Source: Nitrospiraceae bacterium
Lineage (GTDB): Bacteria; Nitrospirota; Nitrospiria; Nitrospirales; UBA2166
Assembly: GCA_002726235.1 (NCBI GenBank)
Contig: PBSN01000008.1
Span: forward strand, 2,088 to 66,087
Direction of reading: 5' to 3'
Length of the DNA: 64,000 nucleotides
Every line of letters begins with the position of its first letter. Position 1 is the first letter of the stretch. Of the stretch, positions 30,169 through 38,725 are shown piece by piece. The position numbers and the translations under genes are program-made. The notes under the pieces are model-generated. The model worked only from the letters and a program-made list of their open reading frames with translations. It did not search any database and was not told the DNA's origin.

Positions 30169-33100
30169 GTGATACGTACAATAAGCATTAGATCACTGTT
30201 TGTACTGGTAGCCGGTGTGGTTGCCATCTTTGGAAGTGCAGTGCTCGCCGTGGGCCAGACATTTACGTCTACTGGCACCCTTACCGCACCACGAATCTTT
30301 CATACCGCCACATTGTTGCCGGATGGACGAGTGCTCCTCGCCGGTGGCTCGGATGCGGGGGCGACAGCGGAGCTGTTTGACCCAACGATTGCAGCGTTTT
30401 TTCCCGCGGGTAGCATGCTTACGACTCGTACTCTTCATTCCGCAACTCTCCTGAATAATGGGCAGGTGCTCATCGCCGGCGGCGTGGGTAGTGGCGCATC
30501 AGCGGAGCTGTTTGACCCGGCGACTGGGATTTTCACCCCGACAGGTAGTCTGATCACGGCCCGGAGTAATCATACGGCGACTCTATTGCCCGATGGACAC
30601 GTGCTCCTCGCCGGAGGAACGGGCGCGGATGGGTTGCCTCGCGCGACGGCCGAGCGCTATGATCCGCTAACCGGAACCTTTGCCGCGACGGGTAGTTTGA
30701 CCTCTGTGCGAACGTTTCACCGCGCCACAATCCTTACGAATGGGCAGGTGCTCCTAACAGGAGGCGCTGAGGATGCGACGACGACCGAACTTTATGACCC
30801 TGCCACCGAGATCTTTACCCCTGCCAGCAACATGACGGAAGCCCGTAGCAACCATACTGCCACCCTGTTGTCCACTGGACAGGTGCTTATTGCGGGGGGT
30901 GCGGGAGAAGGGGGGCGGACGTTATCCTCCGCCGAACTGTTTGATCCAACAATAAACGCCTCTGGCCGTTTTGGGGTGTTTACGTCGACGGGTAGCTTGC
31001 TCACTGAGCGGCGAGATCCGACGGCAACGCTCTTATCAAATGGTCAGGTACTCGTTGCAGGAGGCTTGGCGGGAGGATCTACCGCGGAGCTCTTTGATCC
31101 GGCGACAGGCGTATTTTCCCCGACGGAACCTTTGACCACGGAGCGTGCATTTCAGACAGCCACCCGTCTGCCCACTGGACAGGTACTGATTGCGGGGGGC
31201 GTTGGTGGCAGCACGACTGCCGAGTTCTTTGAGTTTGAGCTCTCCGCCTCTGTGCCAGAGGTGCTGGTTTCGTCTGAGCCGGATGTTGCGCTTGAGATGC
31301 TCATCAATGGTCGCTTTCTCGAAGCGGACAGTATGAGCGCAGCTCGCCAGAGCCATACGGCGACTCTTTTGTCGACGGGGCAGATCCTTGTCGCTGGAGG
31401 GATTGGTGGCAGCGCGACGGCCGAGCTGTTTGACACTGAATCCGAATCGTTTTTCCCGACAGGGTCCATGGCTGTGGCACGCCACGAGCATACGGCAGTG
31501 TCGTTGTCGGATGGCCGTGTGCTGATTGCCGGAGGATCAGGCGGCGGCGCAACGGCCGAGTTGTATGGGCTGGACACGGAGTCCTTCACTGCAACCGGGA
31601 ACTTGACGACCGCCCGAAGCCGTCATACTGCTACCCGGCTGACTGATGGCCGTGTCCTCCTCACCGGTGGAATTAGCGAGGACGGCCGCACACTTTCCTC
31701 GGCCGAGGTGTTCGACCCGATCACGGGATCCTTCACCGCGACCGGCACCTTGACGACCGCCCGAAGTCGCCATACCGCCACATTGTTGACGGATGGCCGC
31801 GTGCTTCTCACCGGCGGCCTGGGCAACATCTTTGCACTTGCGACGGCTGAGGTGTTTGATCCGACCACGGGATTCTTCACCGCGACCGGCACCTTGACGA
31901 TCGCTCGGAGTTTCCATACCGCTACACTGTTGCCTGATGGCAGTGTCCTCGTCGCAGGCGGGGTCGCGCAGGACGCTTCGGTTGGTAAGACGGCCGAGCT
32001 GTTCAATCCAAGTACTGAATCATTCGTTCAGGCCGCTGATATGACGCTGGCACGCGAACTTCATACGGCCACGTTGCTTCCGAGTGGGCACGTGATTCTC
32101 GCGGGCGGAGTTAGCGGCGGCGCAGAGGCATTCGATCCGGTGACGGCCTCATTCACTGCCCTTGCTTCGATGATGACACCGCGTCAATTGCACACGGCCA
32201 CCTTGCTTCCGAGCGGGCAGTTGCTCTTGACAGGGGGTATTGGCATTCTCGCTACCGCGGAGCTATTCGTGAAGTCTGCGCCTGATCTTGCCATGACCAT
32301 TACAAAACTGAGACTGAAGGCAAAGGAAACGGGTAACAAGCTTAAAGTTAAAGTGACAATCGGAAATCTCGGGACGGAAATAGCCAACAGTCCATTTTCC
32401 GTTTCCTTATTCCTGTCCGATAATGAGAGTTTGGATGAGCAGGATGCCATTCTCCAAACCATCGCGATGGATGATGTCAGAGCTGGTGAAGAAGTGAATA
32501 TGCAGTTTAAGGTCAAGGGCCTTGGAGCTATTGGCGGCATGTTCGCAATTGTCACCCTTGATCCCGTTGCCGGCGAAGAGAATATGCAAAATAATGTCTT
32601 GGCTCAGCTTGTCGAGGAGCCCGCCCCCGTTACCTCTCTCGTGGCCGTCAGTACTGCTGGAGCCGGGAGCGGTGTGGTCAGCAGCACTCCAGAGGGTATC
32701 TTGTGTCCCATCGTTGCTTGCAGCAGCAACTTTACAGCCAACGCAAGCGTTCTTTTCACGGCCACAGCTGATCCGGGTTCTGTGTTCACGGGGTGGCTCG
32801 GCGACACGTGTAGTGTTGCCGTTATCGCCGATAATGGATTGAGCGGAACCTGTCAGGTCCTTCAGTTGCTTGAGGACAGGTCGGTGATTGCATCCTTCGA
32901 GCTTGTGCTTGCCGAGATCGTGCCTGTTGAGACCACGCCTGTCGAGCCGGTGCCTGCTGTTGCGGGGCTGATTCTCACGGTCACCACGACGGGTGCAGGG
33001 ACGGTTACGAGTATACCGGGAGGTATTGCGTGTGGGGCGGATTGTGCAGAAACCTATTCCCCAGGAGCCATCGTTATTTTGCAAGCAACTCCAGATGAAG

Positions 33101-33216
33101 GGTCAATATTTGTCGGATGGAGTGGCGGTGGGTGCGTAGGCACCGGGGACTGTTTCATGGACATGACAGACAACCAAACCGTGCTCGCTCAGTTCATAGG
33201 GGCAACATCGCCTTAG
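30169..33216 (+). CDS. Secreted multidomain protein: signal peptide, 14 Kelch-like blades (7 + 7), CARDB-like domain, and two InlB B-repeat-like domains
   Basis: 1015-aa ORF with GTG start and AGAGGGGG SD. Signal peptide LFVLVAGVVAIFGSAVLAVGQ. Fourteen units match the pattern TGSL..AR..HTATLL.DG.VL..GG ... TAELFDP.TG.F, split 7 + 7 by the linker EFFEFELSASVPEVLVSSEPDVALEM. These are followed by PDLAMTITKL ... VTIGNLGTE ... (CARDB-like) and two copies of a T.G.G.V.S.P.GI.C...C .....A.P..GS.F.GW.G domain. Domain names are from recalled family patterns. Confidence 0.88.
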   Translation: MIRTISIRSLFVLVAGVVAIFGSAVLAVGQTFTSTGTLTAPRIFHTATLLPDGRVLLAGGSDAGATAELFDPTIAAFFPAGSMLTTRTLHSATLLNNGQVLIAGGVGSGASAELFDPATGIFTPTGSLITARSNHTATLLPDGHVLLAGGTGADGLPRATAERYDPLTGTFAATGSLTSVRTFHRATILTNGQVLLTGGAEDATTTELYDPATEIFTPASNMTEARSNHTATLLSTGQVLIAGGAGEGGRTLSSAELFDPTINASGRFGVFTSTGSLLTERRDPTATLLSNGQVLVAGGLAGGSTAELFDPATGVFSPTEPLTTERAFQTATRLPTGQVLIAGGVGGSTTAEFFEFELSASVPEVLVSSEPDVALEMLINGRFLEADSMSAARQSHTATLLSTGQILVAGGIGGSATAELFDTESESFFPTGSMAVARHEHTAVSLSDGRVLIAGGSGGGATAELYGLDTESFTATGNLTTARSRHTATRLTDGRVLLTGGISEDGRTLSSAEVFDPITGSFTATGTLTTARSRHTATLLTDGRVLLTGGLGNIFALATAEVFDPTTGFFTATGTLTIARSFHTATLLPDGSVLVAGGVAQDASVGKTAELFNPSTESFVQAADMTLARELHTATLLPSGHVILAGGVSGGAEAFDPVTASFTALASMMTPRQLHTATLLPSGQLLLTGGIGILATAELFVKSAPDLAMTITKLRLKAKETGNKLKVKVTIGNLGTEIANSPFSVSLFLSDNESLDEQDAILQTIAMDDVRAGEEVNMQFKVKGLGAIGGMFAIVTLDPVAGEENMQNNVLAQLVEEPAPVTSLVAVSTAGAGSGVVSSTPEGILCPIVACSSNFTANASVLFTATADPGSVFTGWLGDTCSVAVIADNGLSGTCQVLQLLEDRSVIASFELVLAEIVPVETTPVEPVPAVAGLILTVTTTGAGTVTSIPGGIACGADCAETYSPGAIVILQATPDEGSIFVGWSGGGCVGTGDCFMDMTDNQTVLAQFIGATSP
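30259..32270 (+). repeat. In-frame tandem repeat array (14 units of about 141-150 nt) encoding the Kelch-like blades
   Basis: The periodicity is visible at both protein and DNA level. An exact 26-nt repeat, CTTCACCGCGACCGGCACCTTGACGA, occurs at 31731-31756 and 31875-31900, which are 144 nt (48 codons) apart. Confidence 0.85.
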
Positions 33217-33567
33217 CAGATGGGACCGAAAGTACGCACTGGTATTAGAACCGTCGCTTTGGACTGTACAAAGCTATTCGTGATTGGGTCGGCTGGCTCT
33301 GCTGTAGGCGGAGACAGTCGACCCTCACCATCTGGAGTGGTTTGAATGGTGTTCCAGTAGCCAATCTTACTATCGTTTAACTTCACGGTGCATAGTGCCT
33401 TGCGTGGACCCTGTAAAAAATTAAGGTGTTCTGCCGCGGGGGAACTTGCCAGAAGTAACCTTCCCTTTCCTTTGTATTAGCCAGTCAAACGCGTGATCAG
33501 TGTGATTGCGCATCTCATTGCTCTTGCGTTCTTGCTCCACCGCGAATTTGCGTGCTACATTGTCGTG

Positions 33568-34224
33568 ATGTCTGAAAATAGTCGTTTGATTGCAACGAAA
33601 GAGGAATGGGCTCGTAAGGGACGCGGGTTGCTGGAAGATGGGGTTTTGCGTGATACTAGGCAACGATCACGGCGACTTCCTCCAGGACAGCATATGGCAA
33701 AAGGATGGCCCGTGATTGACCTTGGTATTCATCCGACCGTGGCACTCTCAGGGTGGATGCTGACCATCACGGGGTCTGTCGAGCGGCCTGTGATCTGGGA
33801 CTGGGATATATTTCTCGAACAACCACAGGCGAAGTTCGTCTTAGACTTTCATTGCGTTACGACCTGGAGTACGTTTGATAACGAATGGGAGGGGGTCACG
33901 TTTGCACATCTGGCTGAGACTGTAAAACTGAAACCTGAAGCCGCCTATGTTTTTTTCACGTCCTACGACAACTACTCAACAAACCTTCCACTTTCGGTAT
34001 GTCTGGACGATGATGTTCTGCTCGCACGAAGCTGGAATGGTCAGCCATTATCTGTTGAGCATGGCGGACCGTTGCGGATGATTGTGCCAAAAGTCTACGC
34101 CTGGAAAGGGGCGAAGTGGGTCAAAGAAATACGATTTATGGAACGCGATCGGCTTGGATATTGGGAGAACCGTGGCTATTCGAACACGGCTGATCCGTGG
34201 ATGGATGATCGCTATTCGCTATGA
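33568..34224 (+). CDS. Small sulfite-oxidase-family molybdopterin oxidoreductase (Mo-binding domain only; YuiH-like)
   Basis: LPPGQ ... GWPV, the HCVTTWS motif (Mo-ligating Cys), GGPLRMIVP and WKGAKWVKEI. Start set to ATG 33568 (MSENSRL). No signal peptide or dimerisation domain is visible. Confidence 0.85.
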   Translation: MSENSRLIATKEEWARKGRGLLEDGVLRDTRQRSRRLPPGQHMAKGWPVIDLGIHPTVALSGWMLTITGSVERPVIWDWDIFLEQPQAKFVLDFHCVTTWSTFDNEWEGVTFAHLAETVKLKPEAAYVFFTSYDNYSTNLPLSVCLDDDVLLARSWNGQPLSVEHGGPLRMIVPKVYAWKGAKWVKEIRFMERDRLGYWENRGYSNTADPWMDDRYSL

Positions 34225-34239
34225 CAATTCCGTGTTTGA

Positions 34240-34315
34240 GGCGGCGTACCCAAGTGGTTAAGGGAGCAGTCTGCAAAACTGCGATTCAGCGGTTCGATTC
34301 CGCTCGCCGCCTCCA
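34240..34315 (+). tRNA. tRNA-Cys (GCA), CCA encoded
   Basis: Hand-folded 76-nt cloverleaf. Acceptor GGCGGCG/CGCCGCC; anticodon stem GCAGT/ACTGC with loop CTGCAAA; T arm AGCGG-TTCGATT-CCGCT. U73 discriminator and an A13-A22 mismatch are both typical of tRNA-Cys. Starts 15 nt after the preceding stop. Confidence 0.95.
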
Positions 34316-34603
34316 TTAATTTTCTAGTCATATCAATGGGTTTGGGCTTGTTGAATTGGTAAGATTGGCTCAGGCCTTTCTCGTTACTTCTAGTTTTACC
34401 TCGCTCCAGAAAAACCCTTGGCTCTCCCTCATCATGAGGTGAGGGGAAATCGGGGCGTGCTCCGTAGCATTTTATGGTGAAAGAGATTGTTTCTTGATCA
34501 CCCCTCAGATTGTGTATAGAATGATGCCGTTCGGGCATATTTTCGGGGTGTTGTGTGTGATTTATAGCGATTTTATTGTTTATTCGAGGGAGGCAATAAC
34601 AGA

Positions 34604-36667
34604 ATGATGGAAATGGATTTGACGGGAATAACGGTTCTGGTTTCGATCGTGTGCAGCATGATTGGCATCGGGTATGCTGCGTATTTGACCATGTGGGTTC
34701 TGAAACGTGATGAGGGCAATGAAAAGATGAAGAGTATTGCGCGGGCTATTCAGGAAGGTGCACGCGCGTATCTTAATCGTCAGTACGGCACCGTCGCAGT
34801 GGTGGCAGCGGTCATGGCTGTGCTGTTGTGGCTTGTGTTTGACTGGCTGACCGCAGTTGGGTTTCTTATCGGGGCGGTGGCCTCGGCTTTTGCCGGCTAT
34901 GTTGGGATGCATATGGCTGTTCGAGCCAATGTTCGGACCGCACAAGATGCCCATGATGGCCTCGACCCAGCGTTGCGGGTCGCGTTTCGTGGGGGTGCCG
35001 TAACCGGATTGTTGTTGATCGGCCTTGGACTGCTCTCGGTGGCCGGATTTTACGCCTTCGCGGAGTTTATTACAGAAGGCCCGAAAGGCGCGGTGCATGC
35101 TCTTATCGGTTTAGCATTTGGTGGAAGCCTCATCAGCGTATTTGCTAGGGTCGGTGGGGGGATTTTCACCAAAGCGGCTGATGTTGGTGCCGATCTCGTT
35201 GGAAAAGTTGAAGCGGGTATTCCAGAAGATGATCCAAGAAATCCTGCGGTGATTGCGGATAATGTTGGGGACAACGTTGGCGATTGTGCTGGTATGGCGG
35301 CGGATCTGTTTGAAACCTACGTGGTCACGACTGTTGCTGCGATGGTATTGGCAGTCTCGTTATTTCCAGGTCAACTGGAACCCGTCCTCTATCCTCTGCT
35401 TTTGGGCGCTGTCGCGATTCTTGCCACCGTTGTTGGTATTTGGTTTGTACGTGTGGGTGCAGGTGGGAGCATTATGGCGGCGCTCTACAAGGGGCTGGCG
35501 GTTGCAGGTATTGGATCCGGCATTGCATTCTATCCCATTACGAACATGCTGATGGATGGCGTTGGTGGTTTTTCTGGTCTTGCATATTTTGGCACAGCAG
35601 TTATTGGACTCGTCGTTACACTCGCTATGGTCGTCATTACGGATTATTACACGTCAACGGAATACGCTCCGGTGCGTGAAGTTGCACAAGCCAGTACCAC
35701 CGGTCACGCAACCAATATCATCTCCGGGTTAGCGGTAAGTCTTCAATCCACTGCGCTTCCGGTCATCGTGATCGGGGCGGCGATCTTGGGAAGTTTTCAT
35801 CTAGCAGGTCTATATGGTGTCGGTGTCGCAGCTGTAGCGATGTTGTCGATGGCAGGGATTATAGTTGCCATCGATGCGTTTGGTCCCATCACGGATAATG
35901 CGGGTGGTATTGCTGAAATGGCGGGTCTTCCTGAGGAGGTGCGCAATATTACCGATCCGCTCGATGCAGTGGGGAATACCACGAAAGCGGTGACCAAGGG
36001 ATATGCGATTGGGTCGGCTGCTCTCGCCGCGATCGTGTTGTTTTCCGAGTATGCCCGCGAAGTGGTTCCCAGTGCGGAGGGGCAATCTGTGTCTTTTGAT
36101 CTCGCTGATCCCTTGGTTATCGTGGGGCTGTTTCTCGGCGGGATGCTTCCGTTTCTCTTTGGCTCACTGTGCATGAAAGCGGTTGGTGAGGCAGGAGGCT
36201 TGGTTGTTGAGGAAGTCCGCCGGCAGTTTCGCGAGGTTAAGGGCATTATGGATGGAAGTGGAAAACCTGAGTACGGGAAATGTGTCGATATTGTGACCAA
36301 AGCCGCGATCAAAAAAATGATGATTCCTGGTCTTATTCCTGTCGTTGCTCCAATTTTAGTTGGGGTGATTCTTGGGCCAATTGCACTTGGGGCAATGCTC
36401 GTCGGCACGATTATCACGGGCCTGTTTGTCGCAATTTCCATGACGAGTGGCGGTGGGGCGTGGGATAACGCGAAGAAGTACATTGAAGATGGCCACCATG
36501 GTGGGAAACAAAGTCTTGCTCATCAGGCTGCGGTTACTGGGGATACCGTAGGAGATCCGTACAAAGACACGGCTGGACCGGCAATCAATCCGATGATTAA
36601 GGTTGTCAATATCGTTGCGCTGATGATTGTTGCCAAACTGGGAGCCGATGGATTGCTCGGTCTATGA
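34604..36667 (+). CDS. hppA: Membrane-bound proton-translocating pyrophosphatase, K+-independent type
   Basis: 687 aa and highly hydrophobic, with [39 protein letters not shown] and DNAGGIAEM motifs. [18 protein letters not shown] carries the Lys that marks K+-independent enzymes. Confidence 0.95.
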   Translation: MMEMDLTGITVLVSIVCSMIGIGYAAYLTMWVLKRDEGNEKMKSIARAIQEGARAYLNRQYGTVAVVAAVMAVLLWLVFDWLTAVGFLIGAVASAFAGYVGMHMAVRANVRTAQDAHDGLDPALRVAFRGGAVTGLLLIGLGLLSVAGFYAFAEFITEGPKGAVHALIGLAFGGSLISVFARVGGGIFTKAADVGADLVGKVEAGIPEDDPRNPAVIADNVGDNVGDCAGMAADLFETYVVTTVAAMVLAVSLFPGQLEPVLYPLLLGAVAILATVVGIWFVRVGAGGSIMAALYKGLAVAGIGSGIAFYPITNMLMDGVGGFSGLAYFGTAVIGLVVTLAMVVITDYYTSTEYAPVREVAQASTTGHATNIISGLAVSLQSTALPVIVIGAAILGSFHLAGLYGVGVAAVAMLSMAGIIVAIDAFGPITDNAGGIAEMAGLPEEVRNITDPLDAVGNTTKAVTKGYAIGSAALAAIVLFSEYAREVVPSAEGQSVSFDLADPLVIVGLFLGGMLPFLFGSLCMKAVGEAGGLVVEEVRRQFREVKGIMDGSGKPEYGKCVDIVTKAAIKKMMIPGLIPVVAPILVGVILGPIALGAMLVGTIITGLFVAISMTSGGGAWDNAKKYIEDGHHGGKQSLAHQAAVTGDTVGDPYKDTAGPAINPMIKVVNIVALMIVAKLGADGLLGL

Positions 36668-36740
36668 TCGCGTGAGGATGTTTGCGGATGGTGTTTGTAT
36701 GTAGCCTAATGTAGGGATCGCATACGAGGGAAGGCGGAAT

Positions 36741-36938
36741 ATGGAACAACGGCAGAAATCGTATGACGCAAGTAAGAGTAGCGATCCTGAACAGGATGCG
36801 ACCCAAAGTCAGACCGTCATTGAGACGGGAGAAAAACTCAAGCAGGACATCGATTCCCTCATTGATGAGATTGACGCGGTCTTGGAGGAGAATGCCGAAG
36901 AGTTCGTGAAGAATTACATTCAGAAAGGTGGGGAATAG
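36741..36938 (+). CDS. pup: Prokaryotic ubiquitin-like protein Pup (C-terminal GGE)
   Basis: 65 aa. A disordered, polar N-terminal half is followed by KLKQDIDSLIDEIDAVLEENAEEFVKNYIQKGGE, which closely matches the Pup C-terminal helix and GG[QE] end as recalled from mycobacterial Pup. GAGGGAAGG SD upstream. Confidence 0.85.
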   Translation: MEQRQKSYDASKSSDPEQDATQSQTVIETGEKLKQDIDSLIDEIDAVLEENAEEFVKNYIQKGGE

Positions 36939-36943
36939 GGTTC

Positions 36944-38686
36944 TTGTCACGTGTTGTCCGTCAAAAAGAATGGAACATTCCACAACGAAATAGCGATGTA
37001 GAGCGGCAGCTTGTTGAGTTGGCGAATATCGGTTCCGTCACAGCGTCGGTCCTGGTGTCGAGGGGCGTGGTTACTGCGGAGCAGGCGCTGAGTCAACTTA
37101 CCGGGCGTGGGGAAATTCTCCACGATCCCTTCCTCATTCCTGACATGGAGCGGGCAGTCGATCGTATGAGGCAAGCCATTCAAGGGCAGGAGCGTGTTCT
37201 TATTTATGGTGACTACGACGTCGATGGAATCACCTCAACAAGCCTGTATGTTGAATTCTTTCGTGCGCATGGACTCGAAGTCGCATACCAACTGCCGCAT
37301 CGATTTCGGGATGGTTATGGCTTCAATATGGATACCATCACTCAATTTCGAGACCGTGAAATCTCATTATTGATTACGACTGATTGTGGCACGACATCTC
37401 GGAATGAGGTGGCATATGCTGGGACATGTGGGATTGATGTGATCATTGCCGATCACCATGAGCCCGGCGATGATGGCCTGCCTCATGCTCTCGCCTTGTT
37501 AAATCCCTGCCGAGCAGATTCATCGTATCCCTTCCGAGGTTTGTGTTCCTGTGCCATTGCCTTCAAAGTCGCCATGGCGTACGACCAGAAATATAACGGC
37601 GATATTGATAGCCATGTCGTCGATTTTGAATTGCGAGACGGCCTAGATCTTGTGGCGTTGGCAACCATTGCCGACATGGCACCATTGGTCAATGAGAATC
37701 GCACGCTGGTCTGTGAGGGATTAAAACGGCTCTCCACCGATGAACGTGTGGGGATCAAAGCATTGAAGAACGTTGCGAACGTGTCTGGTACCTGTCGTGC
37801 AGAGACGATTGGGTTTACGCTAGCACCTCGGATTAATGCTGCGGGCCGGATGGACGATGCAAAAATTGGTGTTCGTCTTCTCACAACACACTCGTTGGAT
37901 GAGGCTCATGCGATTGCGTCCAAGATGAATCGTTTCAATGATGAGAGAAAGCGGGCGCAGCATGAGACAGAACTAGAAGTCGAGGGAATGCTGAGTCAAT
38001 TGCACGATGGCTCTGGCCCAATTGTTGTAAGCGGTATTGGGTGGCATATGGGTGTGGTTGGCATTGTTGCAGCTCACATGGCCGAACGATATTATCGCCC
38101 TGTCGTTGTCATTGCCCTGAATGAGAATGGGATCGGTCGCGGATCTGCGCGTAGCATTCCAGAGTTCGATCTGTTTCATGGAATAAACCAATGCCGCATG
38201 CATCTGGACGCGTTTGGAGGCCATAAGTTTGCCGCCGGATTGACAATTCGGCAGGAAAAGATTCCGGCTTTTCGAGAGGCGTTTACTGCGGTTGTCCATG
38301 AGGCGATGAATGGAGCCGATCCTGTGCCTCGCATCAATATTGATGCCGAGGTTGATCTTGGCGAGATTTCCTTCGGAGTGGTTGATGAACTTTCAGCTCT
38401 TGGTCCATTTGGAACGAAGAACCCAGAACCCATTCTGGCCGCTAGTTATGTACACGTAAGTTCTTATCGACGCGTTGGCCAGGGGCATCTGAGCCTTACA
38501 TTTCGTTCTCGGAGTGGGGCTACGTACGATGCGATAGGATTTGGGATGAGTGGGCTGCTGGATGATGGTACGATTGCTCGAGGCCCTGTTGATGCTGCCT
38601 TTAAGGTGGGGAGGGATTCTTGGCGTGGAACTGATCGCTTGCGCTTACAACTTGTCGATGTTCGCCCGAGCTGTGGAATCGCATAG
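36944..38686 (+). CDS. recJ: Single-stranded-DNA-specific exonuclease RecJ
   Basis: DHH motifs (YGDYDVDGITS, TTDCG, IIADHHEP) and DHHA1 (FGGHKFAAG). 580 aa. Inferred TTG start 5 nt after the pup stop. Confidence 0.92.
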   Translation: MSRVVRQKEWNIPQRNSDVERQLVELANIGSVTASVLVSRGVVTAEQALSQLTGRGEILHDPFLIPDMERAVDRMRQAIQGQERVLIYGDYDVDGITSTSLYVEFFRAHGLEVAYQLPHRFRDGYGFNMDTITQFRDREISLLITTDCGTTSRNEVAYAGTCGIDVIIADHHEPGDDGLPHALALLNPCRADSSYPFRGLCSCAIAFKVAMAYDQKYNGDIDSHVVDFELRDGLDLVALATIADMAPLVNENRTLVCEGLKRLSTDERVGIKALKNVANVSGTCRAETIGFTLAPRINAAGRMDDAKIGVRLLTTHSLDEAHAIASKMNRFNDERKRAQHETELEVEGMLSQLHDGSGPIVVSGIGWHMGVVGIVAAHMAERYYRPVVVIALNENGIGRGSARSIPEFDLFHGINQCRMHLDAFGGHKFAAGLTIRQEKIPAFREAFTAVVHEAMNGADPVPRINIDAEVDLGEISFGVVDELSALGPFGTKNPEPILAASYVHVSSYRRVGQGHLSLTFRSRSGATYDAIGFGMSGLLDDGTIARGPVDAAFKVGRDSWRGTDRLRLQLVDVRPSCGIA

Positions 38687-38725
38687 GAACGTGTAGCAGG
38701 ACGTAATATTTCGACGGATTATTAG

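Noticed and set aside
31036-33084. A series of minus-strand ORFs (82-225 aa) and plus-strand alternative-frame ORFs within the Kelch-repeat gene
   Set aside because: They arise because the GC-rich repetitive coding sequence lacks stops in other frames. Their translations are Arg/Pro/Ser/Gly-rich and repeat with the same period as the sense-strand blades.
33217-33420. Roughly 57-codon minus-strand ORF (VKLNDSKIGYWNTIQTTPDGEG...) ending at the Kelch gene stop
   Set aside because: It is short, has only a GTG start and no SD, and has no recognisable family. It could be a gene remnant, but I cannot support that.
34212-34538. 108-aa minus-strand ORF
   Set aside because: It overlaps the confidently folded tRNA-Cys and the hppA promoter region, and the protein is not plausible.
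34580-36483. 172-aa and 228-aa minus-strand ORFs and several short plus-strand alternative-frame ORFs inside hppA
   Set aside because: They are shadow frames of the very well supported H+-PPase gene, with Pro/Arg/Ser/Thr-rich translations.
36606-36983. 125-aa minus-strand ORF antisense to pup
   Set aside because: The pup sense frame carries a near-perfect family signature and a strong SD. The antisense ORF has neither.
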